64,000 nucleotides of DNA. Origin: Bacteroidota bacterium. GTDB taxonomy: Bacteria; Bacteroidota; Bacteroidia; AKYH767-A; 2013-40CM-41-45. The notes beneath the pieces are model-generated. The model saw only the letters and a program-made list of their open reading frames with translations. It was not told the origin of the DNA and made no database searches. The stretch lies in the NCBI GenBank assembly GCA_016711505.1, contig JADJSV010000002.1:442839-506838 (forward strand), in the 5' to 3' direction. Position numbers and translations under genes: made by a program. Below, in pieces: positions 63,554-64,000 of this stretch (the first letter of the stretch is position 1; every line of letters starts with the position of its first letter).

Positions 63554-64000
63554 CTAGTTAAACGATTTTGTAATCGTAGCAAACAAAGAATAAGCTGTCG
63601 ACATCTGGATCCCATTCACATTCTGATAAACGGGAATCCCAAATTCAATTCCGAATTTAGTATCATGCAGAAAGCCTTTGTTCAGGTAGTAGTTGAATCC
63701 TGCATACGTGTTTCCTTTTATGCCTCCATGGTTAACAGGATTTGCATCCGGTTCTGCTAAAATTGAGATCATAGGATCTTTTCCGGAAATAACATCGCCA
63801 TTAAATAGTTCTCCACGCAATGAAGCACTGAACGATGAACTGAATGAGTAAGCCGACCAGATATTAAAAGTCAGATCGCTGCCTTGTCTGTAACCATTAT
63901 CATTTTCAAATGGCCGTATATTCAATAAAGCCTGTGTGCTCCAGGAAAGTTTTCCTGTTCGTTTGTAATAGGTGAGACCGGGCATCAGGTCAAAAGAACC
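63554..64000 (-). CDS. Outer-membrane beta-barrel (MetA-pathway/transporter-like), 5' end outside the window
   Basis: The frame stays open to position 64000 (..GSFDLMPGLTYYKRTGK..). Alternating beta-strand pattern with an aromatic C-terminus (..LFATITKSFN). Confidence 0.5.
   Translation of the reverse strand, partial: GSFDLMPGLTYYKRTGKLSWSTQALLNIRPFENDNGYRQGSDLTFNIWSAYSFSSSFSASLRGELFNGDVISGKDPMISILAEPDANPVNHGGIKGNTYAGFNYYLNKGFLHDTKFGIEFGIPVYQNVNGIQMSTAYSLFATITKSFN

Overview
AT-rich chromosomal segment from a Bacteroidota-type organism. At least eight proteins here end in a T9SS C-terminal sorting domain, and a porV gene is present. All calls were made by eye from the six-frame translations and the DNA; no HMM or BLAST search was run.

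Layout:
- 1-27 kb is mostly housekeeping: porV, greA, a HIT hydrolase, ruvC, a flippase-like gene plus GT2, dnaE, trxA, DUF58, a cobalamin-riboswitch-controlled btuB-like receptor with a beta-propeller lipoprotein, mscL and ampG. It also holds two T9SS cargo genes (a CotH/LTD/PKD protein and a GEVED-like protein) and a TPR-adenylate cyclase.
- 27.8-58.2 kb is a surface-protein island built around two giant paralogous minus-strand genes, about 15.5 kb and 10.9 kb once adjacent ORF fragments are rejoined.
- Both giants combine LamG domains, beta-helix-like modules, metal-binding-type Cys/Asp repeats, an internal subtilisin-like (S8) peptidase, MBG-like domains interrupted by NGK(Q/A)AV hexapeptide arrays, SprB repeats, PKD-like repeats and a T9SS tail.
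- A roughly 3.5-kb peptidase core is nearly identical between the two giants, while the flanking cassettes differ (LRR versus HYR/metal-binding repeats).
- Between the giants lie a prokaryotic pentameric ligand-gated ion channel homologue and two small T9SS cargo genes.
- 58.5-64 kb carries a nucleoid-associated protein gene and a cluster comprising an OM barrel, an MbnP-like lipoprotein, a Cys-rich small protein, a BNR propeller cargo and a CX4CH cytochrome-c-like lipoprotein.

Two window-wide oddities:
- About 20 single-base frame disruptions sit at short homopolymers. Sixteen of them fall in 38.3-47.9 kb, so this is either consensus error or gene decay.
- A family of 3'-end hairpins has arms made of tandem 7-9-nt words.

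No rRNA, tRNA, CRISPR array, transposase or integrase was recognised.
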